Sequence record: OP617745.1
DNA length: 64,000 bases
Strand: one strand, 5' to 3'
Below are positions 26,817 to 40,181 of this stretch, piece by piece. A model generated the notes under the pieces. That model worked only from the letters and a program-made list of their open reading frames with translations, ran no database searches and was not told the DNA's origin. The stretch's first letter is position 1. Each line of letters starts with the position of its first letter. The position numbers and the translations under genes are program-made.

Positions 26817-28820
26817 ATGACAAATGCAGAATTAAAAGAATTATTAAATTCTAAGAACATAAATTCATGGCCTTACTTGTATAAACAGAATATTGAAATA
26901 CGTGATATTCTTTCAATATATAATATAATACCTAAAACCGATAAAGATATTTTTAAATTATTTTACTTATTCATGAATTCATATACTGAAGAACCAAAAG
27001 CTTATTGTGGAAAACCAGCAGTGTATTCTAATTATAAGAATGGGTTTTATAAAGTATGTTCTGATTTTAATGCAAAAGATAAAAATTCTTGTAAAATTTG
27101 TACTGAAATGCGTTACAAATCAAGGACTGAAAATACAAAGAAAAGTAATTTGGAAAAATATGGAGTTGAAAATATTTCACAGGTTCAATCCATAAAAGAT
27201 AAAAAAGAAAAAACATGTATTGAAAAATTTGGTGCAAGTACTAATTTAAAGACTAAAGAAACCAAAGACAAAATAAAAAATACCAACAGAAAGAAATTCG
27301 GTACTGATCATCCTTTGCAAAATACTGATATTTTACTAAAACAACAAAATACAAATATAAAACGTTATGGAGTAAAATATCAAGGACAACGAGAAGAAGT
27401 AAAGAATAAGATTAAAGAAACGAATTTGAAAATCCGTGGGGTTCCTTATGTATTACAAGATGAAAACGTTAGATCAAAGATCAAAGATACTAATATGAAA
27501 AAATACGGTGCTTCTTGTATTTTTTCAACACAATATTATAAAGAAATGATAATTAATACTAACATAAAAAAATATAATGTATTATATCCAATGCAAAATC
27601 CTGATATTCTTAATAAAAGATGTATGACAAATAATAAATTATATGGTGGTAATTCACCAAGTTGTGATTCTTCAGTACTGAATAAAATGAAGAACACTAC
27701 ACTAGAAAGATATGGGGTTGAATATTATTCCCAAAGCGATGAATATAAAATTCACATCCAAGATTCATTGTATATGGAAAGATATGATATAATTTCAACA
27801 CATATTGATTGTAATTACATTCCTCTTTTTGATGAAGATGATTTAGTATTCAGAACCAATATGGATTTATTACCATTTTGGTGTAATTATTGTGATAACT
27901 TATTCTATTCTAAACACAAACAAAATAATATCAAATGTAATTGTCAAATAAAACATGGAGTATCTATTAAAGAATTAGAGTTAAGAAATTATATAGTATC
28001 GTTAATTCCAGATGAAGATATTATTTTTAATGATCGCACCATACTTAAAGGAAAGGAACTTGACATTTATATACCTAATTTGAATTTAGCATTTGAATTC
28101 AATGGTATGTATTGGCACAGTGATAACATTATAGACAAAAATAAACATCAAAACAAAGTACTACAATGTAAAGAACAAGGTATTAATTTAATTCATGTTT
28201 TTGAAGATGAGTGGGATTCCAAAAATGAATTAATTAAAAATCGCATTAAAAGTAAATTAAATAAATCTCCAAAAATTTATGCAAGAAAATGCACAGTTGG
28301 TAATGTCGATAATACTACATACAAAGATTTTTGTAATTTATTTCATATTCAGGGTTACACTGAAGCAAAAATCAAAATTGGATTGTATTATGATTATGAA
28401 CTGGTTGCTGTAATGTCATTTGGAGCACCGAGAAACAAAAGTGATAAAATTAAATATGAATATGAATTAATTCGTTACTGTTCAGATGGTTCAGTTATTG
28501 GTGGTGCTTCAAAAATACTCAAATATTTTGAAAAGAAATATAAACCAAAATCACTAATGTCATATGCAGATATGAACTGGAGTAATGGGAACTTATATTC
28601 AGTACTGGGATTCACTGAAGAGTCATATACCAAACCTGGGTATTTTTATTATAACAAAGAAACCAACGAACGAATTTCCAGACAACGTTGTCAAAAACAT
28701 AAACTGGTTAAATTGGGATATGATAGTAATTTAACTGAAACTACAATCTGTTGTGATATTATTGGATATCTAAAAATTTACGATAGTGGTAATTTAAAAT
28801 ACGTTAAAAAATATCAATAA
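26817..28820 (+). mobile_element. Free-standing putative homing endonuclease (Hef-like): repeat array, Vsr/PD-(D/E)XK domain and GNAT-like C-terminus
   Basis: About 8 repeats of ~23 aa (T N x K K Y G); ELDIYIPNLNLAFEFNGMYWH; C-terminal FHIQG...LVAVMSFG...ELIRYC...GGASK...SYAD...Y..LGF. Confidence 0.7.
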
Positions 28821-28844
28821 CTCTTTTCTTAAAAGGATAATTAT

Positions 28845-29471
28845 GTGAAAAGAAATATAGTTGCAATCAATGGAACAATAGGGAGTGGGAAAGATACTTT
28901 TGCACAAGCATTTATTGACAATGGATACACGAGATTATCTTTTGCCAAAAATCTAAAAGATACTGTATCAGCAATATTTGGATGGGATCGTGAAATGCTC
29001 GAAGGTACAACACCAGAAAGTAGAAAAATTCGTGAAATGGTTGATCCCTACTGGTGTGAAAAATTAGGACGAAATGATGTTTCTCCGAGATGGGTGCTGC
29101 AAAATTTTGGTACAAATGTACTTCGTAAGCATTTCCATGATAACATTTGGGTTTTTAGTTTAGAAAAAACAATGAACCAAATAGAAGGTAACATTATTAT
29201 TACTGATTGTAGATTTCCTAATGAACTTGAAATGATTCGTAAAAATAATGGAATAGTTATTGAAGTACAAAGAACAATTCCATATTGGTATGGTTTGGCA
29301 TCAGAATACAATAAAGGATTTATTAATATGCTACCAGTTGAACTGGAAGATATTCATGAATCAGAATGGAAATGGATTGGTGTAAACGAACCAGATTATG
29401 TTGTAAAAAATACTGAAACCCTTCAATCTCTTCAGGATAAAGCATTAAAAATTATTTCATTAATGAAATAA
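28845..29471 (+). CDS. Deoxynucleoside monophosphate kinase (T4 gp1-like)
   Basis: INGTIGSGKDTFA P-loop; SFAKNLKD; SPRWVLQNFGT; IITDCRFPNE. GTG start. Confidence 0.88.
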   Translation: MKRNIVAINGTIGSGKDTFAQAFIDNGYTRLSFAKNLKDTVSAIFGWDREMLEGTTPESRKIREMVDPYWCEKLGRNDVSPRWVLQNFGTNVLRKHFHDNIWVFSLEKTMNQIEGNIIITDCRFPNELEMIRKNNGIVIEVQRTIPYWYGLASEYNKGFINMLPVELEDIHESEWKWIGVNEPDYVVKNTETLQSLQDKALKIISLMK

Positions 29472-29566
29472 TTTTCTCATTTCTAACATCCCTCATTAAT
29501 CCTCCAATAAATAATACTATACGAGAATAATCGAATAGAACCAAATTATTTTTGGAGGATTTTTTT

Positions 29567-32233
29567 ATGGCAGATTTAATCAGCCCAGGAGTTGACGTAC
29601 AGATTACTGATGAAAGTATTAGTACTGCATCCACTCCAGGAACTGTACCCCTATTTGTTTTAGCAACTGCTCAAGATAAATTAGTACCTGGATCAACTTC
29701 AATTGCATCCGCTACAACTAAAGCGAATGCTAATACACTACAACTAGTAACATCACAGAAAAATGTACTTGATCTGTTTGGTACTCCAGTTTTTCAGGTT
29801 GACAGCACCGGAAGCGTAGTTCAGGGTGATGAACTAAATGAATATGGTTTACACTCAGTATATTCCTATATGGGAATTTCTAACCGTGCATATGTTGTAC
29901 GTGCAGATCTAGATCTAGCACAACTATCACCAAGATCAACTGCTCCAACTGGCCCAGTTTCTAATGGTACCCTTTGGTTAGATATGACTTCTTCTCAAGT
30001 GGAAGCCTATATTGCTAAAGTGGCAAACCCATCAAGTTTCCATGACTGGGAATTAAAAACAGTACATATGGTAACTGCTGAGGATGTTGATGATGTTGAT
30101 ACTACAGAATATAATATTGACGATTTGGTATTGCGTTTTAAACCAAGTAATGGTCAATTTTTAATGTATAAACTTGAAGTACAAGGTCTGACACAAACAA
30201 GCACCATTCTTTCACCAATCAATAAAGTACCAACTGGTACTGATATTGCCGAAGGTGATGTGTGGATCCGTGATGGTTATACTCAAAATGGTTCCAATTA
30301 TTTTGGTACTCGTTTTGTAATTAAACGTTATATGTCACTTACTAGTGTGTGGACTGTAGTACCTACCTATACTGGTAACAACTTCGCTGAAATCGAAGCT
30401 AAGAGTGGCGTTTTCAATGCAAGTTATATTGCATCTCGATTTGATTTCGATAGTAAGAGTTTTTCTTTCTATCTACAGAGTGAAAAAACAGTAACACAAA
30501 ACAGCCCTGCTGTTCCAGTTGGTGAACTAACTCCAACAACTGCTACTCAAAATTCATATTTAACTTTCTCTTATCTGAATAAAGTTATAAAACTGGTAGC
30601 AGTTAAACAAGGTGAAACAATTAATACAGCAACCATAATTAGTAATATTTCTTCAAGTAAAGATATGGCTAACGCTGGTTTTGGTTTTGTACGTAATTCA
30701 GATGGTGCTCTGGTTGTTAGTAACAAAAATGGTTATAGTTTCAAGACTACCCAAACTGGTGATGTATTATTCAGTACTATTGAATTTGCTAAACTATCAG
30801 TTGTTGAAAGTTCAAACTATTCCATTCTGAACCCTAATAATTTTAAAGGAAACACTGATACACCAACCAGTATTGCTAAAGATGGTACTTATTGGTATGA
30901 TTTTTCCAACAGTGATAACTTGACTGTTACAATGTATACTGCTGACTATGCAACAGATTCATGGAAACTTGTAGACAGTTCTAATCAATACGTACAAGTA
31001 GATGAACCTGCTGCTGATCGTGATTTCTGGGTACTACCACTTTCACAAGGTGTTGATGGTTATGTTTTCTATCGTAATATTAACGGTTCATGGGTTAAAC
31101 TTGATACTACTGATCAAAGCACTCTTAACGGTATAATTTTCGAAGATTTTAACTTCCCTGATTCAGTACCTGCACCGGAATTATATCAAAACTCTATGCT
31201 CGCTATCGACATGGGTAATACTGAAGGTGTTGTGAAGAAAATGGAAGACGGTGAATGGCATGTAGTTAGTGGTACCAGCCTTAATGGTAGTGGTCTTTTT
31301 GGTCGTGCCGCTCAACGTCAAATTGTTGTACAAGCACTACAAGCAGTACTGGTGGGTAATGAAGATATTCGCTCTGAATGGATTAGCTATAATCTAATCT
31401 GTGTTCCTGGTTATGTCGAAACACTGGATGAATGTGTTACTCTTAATGTAGATCGCAAAGAAACAGCATTCATTATTACTGACGTTCCAGCACGATTAGA
31501 CCCAACTGGTAATGGTAATGAAGTACAAGCATGGGCCAGCAATGCAAATAATGCGGCTAGTAATGGTGACGTTGGTCGTACAACCACTTATGACTATGCT
31601 GCTGAATACATGGGATGGTGCCTGAGTACTAACGTTGACGGTACTGAAATTGCAGTTCCAGGTAGTACTGTAGCAATGCGTACTATTGCTTATAGTGATA
31701 GTATCAGTCATGTTTGGAACCCACCAGCAGGTACTTCAAACGGTGTTGTTACCAATGCAAGTTCTGTAGGTTTTATTAACTCAGAAGGTGAATATCAATC
31801 TGTTCAGTACTCTGAAGGACAACGTGATGTGATGTACTCAAACAATATTAACCCTATTGCTATGCGTCCAACTCGTGGTCTTCTAATTTGGGGTCAAAAA
31901 ACACTAAGTGCTGACAGTACTTCTGCACTAAGTCGTGTTAATGTCGCTCGTCTGATGTGTTATATTCGTAAACAAGTTGCTATAATTGCTGAACCATTCC
32001 TCTTCCGACTGAATACACCAAGTACTCGTCAGGAATTCACTGGTGTAATGAATGCATTCTTCAGCGAATTAGTACAAAATAATGCACTATATGATTTTAC
32101 CGTAGTGTGTGATGAGAGTAATAACACTTCTGCCCGTATCGACCGTAACGAACTGTGGTGTGATATTGCAGTACAACCAGTACGAGCAATTGAATTCATC
32201 TATATTCCAATTCGTATTGAAAATACTCAATAA
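29567..32233 (+). CDS. Tail sheath protein
   Basis: Starts MADLISPGVDVQITDES; C-terminal INPI.....GLLIWGQKTL....SALSRVNVARL...DFTVVCDESNNT..RIDRNEL.CDIAVQP.RAIEFIYI. Confidence 0.95.
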   Translation: MADLISPGVDVQITDESISTASTPGTVPLFVLATAQDKLVPGSTSIASATTKANANTLQLVTSQKNVLDLFGTPVFQVDSTGSVVQGDELNEYGLHSVYSYMGISNRAYVVRADLDLAQLSPRSTAPTGPVSNGTLWLDMTSSQVEAYIAKVANPSSFHDWELKTVHMVTAEDVDDVDTTEYNIDDLVLRFKPSNGQFLMYKLEVQGLTQTSTILSPINKVPTGTDIAEGDVWIRDGYTQNGSNYFGTRFVIKRYMSLTSVWTVVPTYTGNNFAEIEAKSGVFNASYIASRFDFDSKSFSFYLQSEKTVTQNSPAVPVGELTPTTATQNSYLTFSYLNKVIKLVAVKQGETINTATIISNISSSKDMANAGFGFVRNSDGALVVSNKNGYSFKTTQTGDVLFSTIEFAKLSVVESSNYSILNPNNFKGNTDTPTSIAKDGTYWYDFSNSDNLTVTMYTADYATDSWKLVDSSNQYVQVDEPAADRDFWVLPLSQGVDGYVFYRNINGSWVKLDTTDQSTLNGIIFEDFNFPDSVPAPELYQNSMLAIDMGNTEGVVKKMEDGEWHVVSGTSLNGSGLFGRAAQRQIVVQALQAVLVGNEDIRSEWISYNLICVPGYVETLDECVTLNVDRKETAFIITDVPARLDPTGNGNEVQAWASNANNAASNGDVGRTTTYDYAAEYMGWCLSTNVDGTEIAVPGSTVAMRTIAYSDSISHVWNPPAGTSNGVVTNASSVGFINSEGEYQSVQYSEGQRDVMYSNNINPIAMRPTRGLLIWGQKTLSADSTSALSRVNVARLMCYIRKQVAIIAEPFLFRLNTPSTRQEFTGVMNAFFSELVQNNALYDFTVVCDESNNTSARIDRNELWCDIAVQPVRAIEFIYIPIRIENTQ

Positions 32234-32237
32234 TATC

Positions 32238-32267
32238 AAAAAGGGAACTTTCGAGTTCCCTTTTTTT
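32238..32267 (+). terminator. Intrinsic terminator with UUCG loop
   Basis: AAAAAGGGAACT-TTCG-AGTTCCCTTTTTTT. Confidence 0.88.
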
Positions 32268-32354
32268 ATTTTATAAGTTAGTACAGGTTGTGGTTATTTC
32301 TCCAATAAATAAATATAAAGAGAATTATATATTCCTTAGTGGAGAAATTATAAT

Positions 32355-33038
32355 ATGGCGACAATGCTTGATAAGTATGGCGTCCCCATTAGTGGCGGCG
32401 GCAATATGATGAAAAGCCCTAAACCAAAATATCGATACAGAGTTATCTTTTTTGGTTTTGGTGCAAATGACGATGGTAACATGATTACCCTTGATACCAA
32501 TACCGTAGGTGCAGTTAGTGTATCACATGAAAATGTAACTGTTCATAGTTATAACTCAAGTGCACATTACAAAGGGAAATATTCATGGAACACAATTGAA
32601 GTTGCATTCCGTGATTCTGTTGGTAATGACAGTGCTAAAGCAGTTTATAACCAAATGCGTAAAGAGTTTAACTATTATACTCAGGAATCACGCACTTCTG
32701 ATTCACAATTTAAATTCGAAATGTGGATTCAGGAACTGGATGGTAGTAACTCATCTGAACGTACCAATTTATTTCAGGGTACTCTGAGTACTTGGGTTTG
32801 TCAGGGTTGTTTTATTACTGAAACCAACTTTGGTGAATGGGATTATTCCAGTTCTGATCCACAAGTTATTACCATGACAGTTCAACCAGATGGTTGTGCT
32901 AAACTTGGGCCTACTGGTCTTCCATTCGGTGATGAAGTTTCCGGTAATGGTACTCCAGAAGGTGCTTCTTCTATTAGTGGTGCACAAACAGTCATTAATG
33001 AAACATCTATAACTGATAGTAACTTCTATACTTCATAA
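32355..33038 (+). CDS. Tail tube protein
   Basis: Directly after the sheath gene; PKPKYRYRV...GKYSWNTIEVAFRD...WVCQGCFITETNFGEWDYSSSDP. Confidence 0.8.
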   Translation: MATMLDKYGVPISGGGNMMKSPKPKYRYRVIFFGFGANDDGNMITLDTNTVGAVSVSHENVTVHSYNSSAHYKGKYSWNTIEVAFRDSVGNDSAKAVYNQMRKEFNYYTQESRTSDSQFKFEMWIQELDGSNSSERTNLFQGTLSTWVCQGCFITETNFGEWDYSSSDPQVITMTVQPDGCAKLGPTGLPFGDEVSGNGTPEGASSISGAQTVINETSITDSNFYTS

Positions 33039-33086
33039 TTTATTTGATAAATAATAAAGTATGTTTCATATAACTTCCTTGTAAAC

Positions 33087-33123
33087 AAAAGCTCCGATGC
33101 TAAAAACGTCGGAGCTTTTTTTT
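33087..33123 (+). terminator. Intrinsic terminator
   Basis: AAAAGCTCCGATG-CTAAAAA-CGTCGGAGCTTTTTTTT. Confidence 0.85.
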
Positions 33124-33179
33124 GTTTATTATATTCGCTAAATAATAGATAAAACCTAATATAATACAGAGGTTAAAGT

Positions 33180-33953
33180 ATGGCTGATATGCTATCCAAA
33201 TACGGTGTACCTATGCCGAGTGGTAAAAATAAAACTATGCTACAACCTAAAGCACAATATAAATTCAGAGTTATTGTATACAATTTCGGTACCGAAATTG
33301 ATGAACGAGATCATATTGCTTTAGATGTTGACAAAGTTGACAGACCAAGTATTTCATTTTCGACACATAAATTATATCAGTTCACAACTAACACATCATA
33401 TATCGGTAGTTATGACTGGAAAGAAATTAAATTAACAATCAGGGATTCGATTGGTAATGACAGTGCAAAAGCAGTATCAAGACAATTACAAAAACAAAAA
33501 GATTTTCAACGAAGAATTACTTCTAAATCCGAACAGGATTATGCTGGATATAAATTCGGTATGATCATTCAGATGCTAAATGGGAGAAACTATGATGATA
33601 GTCTCGAATCATTGGGTAGGAACACGTCCACCAGTGTAGCTAGTGCAGTTACAAATAATACCGGACTGGTTAATGCAATTGATAAATTCATTGGTGGTTC
33701 AACTTATAACACATCAGGTGTAATGGAATATTTTGTATGCACTGGGTGCATTATCACTGATATCAGTTATGATTCACTTGATTATGGGTCAAGTTCACCA
33801 GTTACTATGCAACTTACTATTAAACCAGATAGCTGTCTACAATTTGATGATATAGAAGAAATGTATAAAGTTAGAGTTAGTTCACTTCTCCCAGATAGTG
33901 TTAATCAGGGTCTTGATATTTTAGATCGTGTACTAGGTAGTACTGGAATTTAA
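33180..33953 (+). CDS. Second tail-tube-like protein (paralog of 32355..33038)
   Basis: Shared motifs MA.ML.KYGVP, PK..Y.FRV, RDS.GNDSAKAV, C.GC.IT....DY.SS.P. Confidence 0.75.
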   Translation: MADMLSKYGVPMPSGKNKTMLQPKAQYKFRVIVYNFGTEIDERDHIALDVDKVDRPSISFSTHKLYQFTTNTSYIGSYDWKEIKLTIRDSIGNDSAKAVSRQLQKQKDFQRRITSKSEQDYAGYKFGMIIQMLNGRNYDDSLESLGRNTSTSVASAVTNNTGLVNAIDKFIGGSTYNTSGVMEYFVCTGCIITDISYDSLDYGSSSPVTMQLTIKPDSCLQFDDIEEMYKVRVSSLLPDSVNQGLDILDRVLGSTGI

Positions 33954-33962
33954 GGAGAATAT

Positions 33963-35056
33963 ATGAGTGATTTTTTTGATTCATTTATAAGTACGGGTAC
34001 AAATGTTATCGATACTGTACTTGATAATGTAAGTATAGTGAAAGATCCACCATTTGAATATTTTAACGCTGCACAACGTGTTTTCGGAACAGCAGGGGAA
34101 CAGGGATTTACTTTTTATAATCTACCCAAATTCAAAAACTGTTTTATCATAGAATTTGTACTCACACCATTTGCAAAGGATTTTATTAAATCACAATTAC
34201 AAGATACACATAATGATTTTGATGTTAATAATGTATCTTGTTATGTAAAAGATGTAGTACTTCCAAGTTTTTCTTTTGAAATCGAAAGAATAAATCAGTA
34301 CAATAAGAAAAGAATTTCACCTGGTAAAATTACATATAAACCGAGTACTGTGACATTTTACGATACAGTTGATAGTGCTGCATATCTTTTAATGGATGCG
34401 TACAGAAAATTCTATTATGGTGATTTTTTTGCAAAAACACAAAACTCTTACAGAAATGATGTTTTAAGTAATTCAAATAATTTTAATGGACTAGGTGCCA
34501 ACTGGGGTCGTTCTGTACTAAACGTTGGTAATTACGATAGTTATTATTTCTTTAAACAAATTAATATCTATGAAATTGACAACGAAAGATACACGGTTCA
34601 TAACATGATTAATGTTTTTATTGAAGATGTTCAGTTAGAAACCAAATCAATGGAGAGTACGGGGGATCCATCATTGATTAGTCTAACTATGCAGTACGAA
34701 TCATGCAATAACTTTAACCCACAAGGTTATTTGAGTATAGGTGTACCTACTGTTGAAATTGCACAATTGGTCACTAATACAGATGGTCTTGGTGTTAGTG
34801 GGTTCTTTAAATATTTTGGTGAGCTTGATGATAAAACTAAGGGATTAACGACAATAGGGAAAATAATTCGTGCCGGTACTGCTGGTTATGATATTGTTAC
34901 TTCCATTGAGGATATTTTAAATGGGAACATCACGACTGATACAGTAAGAAATATAGGTTCTGCTATTTCAAAAGGTGCTGATGCTATTGGCTTGGGTAGT
35001 ATTATATCAGATGCAAGTACCAGCTTTGGCTTGGGTAATTTATTGGGAGATTTTTA

Positions 35057-35057
<1 letters not shown>
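33963..35057 (+). CDS. Tail-tube-fold baseplate/tube-initiator-like protein
   Basis: VKDVVLPSFSFEIERINQYNKKR..PGKITYKPSTVTFYD (gp19/gp48/gp54-like pattern). Confidence 0.6.
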
Positions 35058-37162
<2,105 letters not shown>

Positions 37163-37199
37163 ATTAAACGACAACTTTATATTAATTTTGGAGTTATTA

Positions 37200-37748
37200 A
37201 TGATTAATTTACAAAAAATTCTCACTGATAATAAACCTGTATATGAATACAGGATTAAATTTGCAACTGAACCGAGTACTGAAGACTTGAGTAAAATTAC
37301 ACAACGTCTTACAGATCGTTATGATGCATTTGAAATTGGTGCAGTTAAGAAAACTATTTTTATGGATAAACCACTTGATTTTTATGATATGGATTGTGGT
37401 GAAATCTGGATGTTTGATTTTAAATGTAATCGTGGAGTACAAACCAACGTTCTTACCTATGAAATCGGTAATCTTCTGAGTATTAGTGAAGCATTAATTC
37501 GTGTGCGTAGTAAAGATTCACCAACTCAAATTGAAATGTCAATTGGTGAAGATGACATTGATTTTGATACAGTAGAAGTAATTGGCGTTGATGTAGGTGC
37601 GGCTGTGGATAGTACTGGAATCGCTGGTCAGGAACGTGCAGATCAAGCAGTAAAAGATTCACTTAAAGCATCTGAAGAAGTAAGGGTAGCACATAAAAAA
37701 GATAAGTACACTCACTATATGAGTGCGGCTTTTGGTAATAAGGAATAA
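37200..37748 (+). CDS. Hypothetical (probable virion) protein
   Basis: Start placed at ATG 37200 behind GGAG; preceded by TAAATA. Confidence 0.65.
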   Translation: MINLQKILTDNKPVYEYRIKFATEPSTEDLSKITQRLTDRYDAFEIGAVKKTIFMDKPLDFYDMDCGEIWMFDFKCNRGVQTNVLTYEIGNLLSISEALIRVRSKDSPTQIEMSIGEDDIDFDTVEVIGVDVGAAVDSTGIAGQERADQAVKDSLKASEEVRVAHKKDKYTHYMSAAFGNKE

Positions 37749-37752
37749 TAAT

Positions 37753-38283
37753 ATGAGTTTATTTGATGAAGTGATTACACATAATACTGAACTTCAAGAA
37801 GACCGTCCATATAGCCGCACACAGGGTGCTATTGATGCTGCTAAAGGTAAAGTCAAAGGTATGTTTGGTTCAGGTCAGGTAGAACAAGGTGCACAAGAAG
37901 TTGGTGCAGAAGCTAACAAGTACTGGAATGAATTTAAACGCTATATTGGTAGAAAATATGGTAAATCTCAAAGTACGGTTCCATATAGTGATGTTGAAGA
38001 GTTCTTTAAAGGGAATAATCTTGATACTAAGTTTCTTGGTAACAACAATCGTCGATCATTTACTCCCAAAGATGTAGGTAATGCACTATTACAAGCAGTT
38101 CGTCAGGAAATGAATGATTATAAAAAACAGGAAGAACCAAAACAACAGGATGACACCACTACACAAGAACGTCCTTCCACCGGTTCAGGTCAAGGTCAGC
38201 CGGGTTCTACTGATTCTCTAAATAATGAAATACAGAGACTTACACCAGCAGAACGCAGTCAATTACTTTCACTGCTGGCATAA
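37753..38283 (+). CDS. Hypothetical protein
   Basis: Start placed at ATG 37753 behind AAGGA. Confidence 0.65.
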   Translation: MSLFDEVITHNTELQEDRPYSRTQGAIDAAKGKVKGMFGSGQVEQGAQEVGAEANKYWNEFKRYIGRKYGKSQSTVPYSDVEEFFKGNNLDTKFLGNNNRRSFTPKDVGNALLQAVRQEMNDYKKQEEPKQQDDTTTQERPSTGSGQGQPGSTDSLNNEIQRLTPAERSQLLSLLA

Positions 38284-38294
38284 GAGGTGACTGA

Positions 38295-39248
38295 ATGTTA
38301 AATGAATTTAAAAGTGGTATTACCGTACCAAATGGGTATGTTTACACCAGTAAAACAGGGGCACGTTACGTTTTTCTAGAATGTATGTGGTTTAATGAAA
38401 GTAATATGATGCTTGTTGATCCTCAAAAATATGGTAATATGTATTTGAGTGCAGTTGCACAGATCAATGAATACAATTCATCCTCAAATGAATACAAAAT
38501 TGGTGATACATACAACAAAGATAACAAAACTTGTGTTTTTCTTGGTGAATCACGATTTATTACTGAAAATGGTATTATCATCAACGAAGACGATGAAAAT
38601 ACCATTCAGGTACCAAATGGTATCAGAATCACATCAAAGAATGGTAATGTTTACCAGAAAAAAGATGGTACATGGTTTGACATTAAAACCAAAAAAACAC
38701 TGAATAGTTCAGCAGCACAAAGTGTAGAACGTAGTGCACAAAAAATGATTCAAACCCATAATTCAAATGAAGATAACATAAAAATTGGTAGTACTGTTAC
38801 TTCTAAATCAAACAAAACCTATACTTATCTTGGTGGTGATCGTTTTATGGATGCTGATGGTAGATTATTACCAAAAAGTACTGCACAATCTTTAATTCAA
38901 AAACACAAAGATGAAAAAAGTTCTGGGAAAGCAGAAGATGAACAGGAATCTGGCTCATCCGATGATACCAGTACTGATACAACTACAACCACTGACACAA
39001 ATACCACTGATAATACAAATAGTTCAGGTGATACTTCTGGTGGTACTGGTGAGACAGATAATCAAAGTTCTGATAATCCAATGCAAGAACTTGCTGATAA
39101 AATTAATGCATCTCCATATGCACGTAAAATTAAAGTTCTATTAACTCGTGCTGATAAAGTATCTTTGTTAGCCGCTGATATTTTTCTTAGTGGGAAACGA
39201 GAAGAAGTTACACAATTTATCAAATCATTAAATAATAATAATGAATAA
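38295..39248 (+). CDS. Hypothetical protein with ABAB internal repeats and a low-complexity linker
   Basis: VPNG...TSK.G..Y.....WF twice; KIG.T....NKT...LG..RF twice; Thr/Asp/Ser linker. Confidence 0.65.
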   Translation: MLNEFKSGITVPNGYVYTSKTGARYVFLECMWFNESNMMLVDPQKYGNMYLSAVAQINEYNSSSNEYKIGDTYNKDNKTCVFLGESRFITENGIIINEDDENTIQVPNGIRITSKNGNVYQKKDGTWFDIKTKKTLNSSAAQSVERSAQKMIQTHNSNEDNIKIGSTVTSKSNKTYTYLGGDRFMDADGRLLPKSTAQSLIQKHKDEKSSGKAEDEQESGSSDDTSTDTTTTTDTNTTDNTNSSGDTSGGTGETDNQSSDNPMQELADKINASPYARKIKVLLTRADKVSLLAADIFLSGKREEVTQFIKSLNNNNE

Positions 39249-39266
39249 TTAAAAGGATTTATTGAA

Positions 39267-40181
39267 ATGTCTAAAAAAATTAACGAAGCACAAGTTAAGA
39301 TTGATATCATGAACTTAAATAGTTCAGATCTATCAACACTTGCTCGAATGATGGAACTTGCTGGACAAGCCGAACAAGGTGCAGTGCCAAGTACATCTAG
39401 TTCTATTGGTGTACCAGGTAGTATTGCAGGTGCAGTCGATTCTATGGGTAATACTGAACCATCTGAAGTTGAAGTAGGTTATGATGTTGATTCTGAACCA
39501 GATGTAAGTTCTTCACTGGAAGTGGGTTCTGAGCCTGATGTTGATCCACTACAAAGTTCAATTGAAGAACTTGGCGGTATGACTGATTTTGGTGCACAAG
39601 ATGATGAACTAACTGATATCGACGTGGTAGAATCTGAAGAAATTGAAGACGAAGATGATATGATTGAAGAAGAGTTAAAACGTATGACTCAGTTATCTGG
39701 TATTGTCACTGAAGATGAAGATGTTGAAGTCGATTCCGATGATGATGATGACAAAGATGAATCAGATGATGATGTAGATCTCGATGAATCTCGCATTATT
39801 CCAGATCTAAGTCTAGAAGAAGATACCAGTGATGTTACTGAGTATGGTCCTTTTGATTCTGAACAAGATGCTATCCGTGATGCAAAATGGAAGACTAATG
39901 GAGAACTGGGTGATAACTTCAACGTAGATCAAAAAGAAGATGGTCATTTCTACTGGAGTCGTGTGATGCAAGAACAAGCGTTTAGTACTGAAGCAGATCC
40001 TGAATTAGTAGATACAGATGGTATTCAGTATTCACGTCACCGTATGAAACCAAAATTTAATGGTGCTGCTCTCGGTGATAACCCACTTCGTGAAGAAGAG
40101 CAAGAAGACGAAGAAACCGTTGATGATATCTTTGAAAGTCTACAAAAACGCTACACTGCTTTTGTTGGAGGTAAAAAATAA
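39267..40181 (+). CDS. Highly acidic protein (possible head core/scaffold)
   Basis: D/E-rich, low complexity, within the late gene block. Confidence 0.55.
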   Translation: MSKKINEAQVKIDIMNLNSSDLSTLARMMELAGQAEQGAVPSTSSSIGVPGSIAGAVDSMGNTEPSEVEVGYDVDSEPDVSSSLEVGSEPDVDPLQSSIEELGGMTDFGAQDDELTDIDVVESEEIEDEDDMIEEELKRMTQLSGIVTEDEDVEVDSDDDDDKDESDDDVDLDESRIIPDLSLEEDTSDVTEYGPFDSEQDAIRDAKWKTNGELGDNFNVDQKEDGHFYWSRVMQEQAFSTEADPELVDTDGIQYSRHRMKPKFNGAALGDNPLREEEQEDEETVDDIFESLQKRYTAFVGGKK

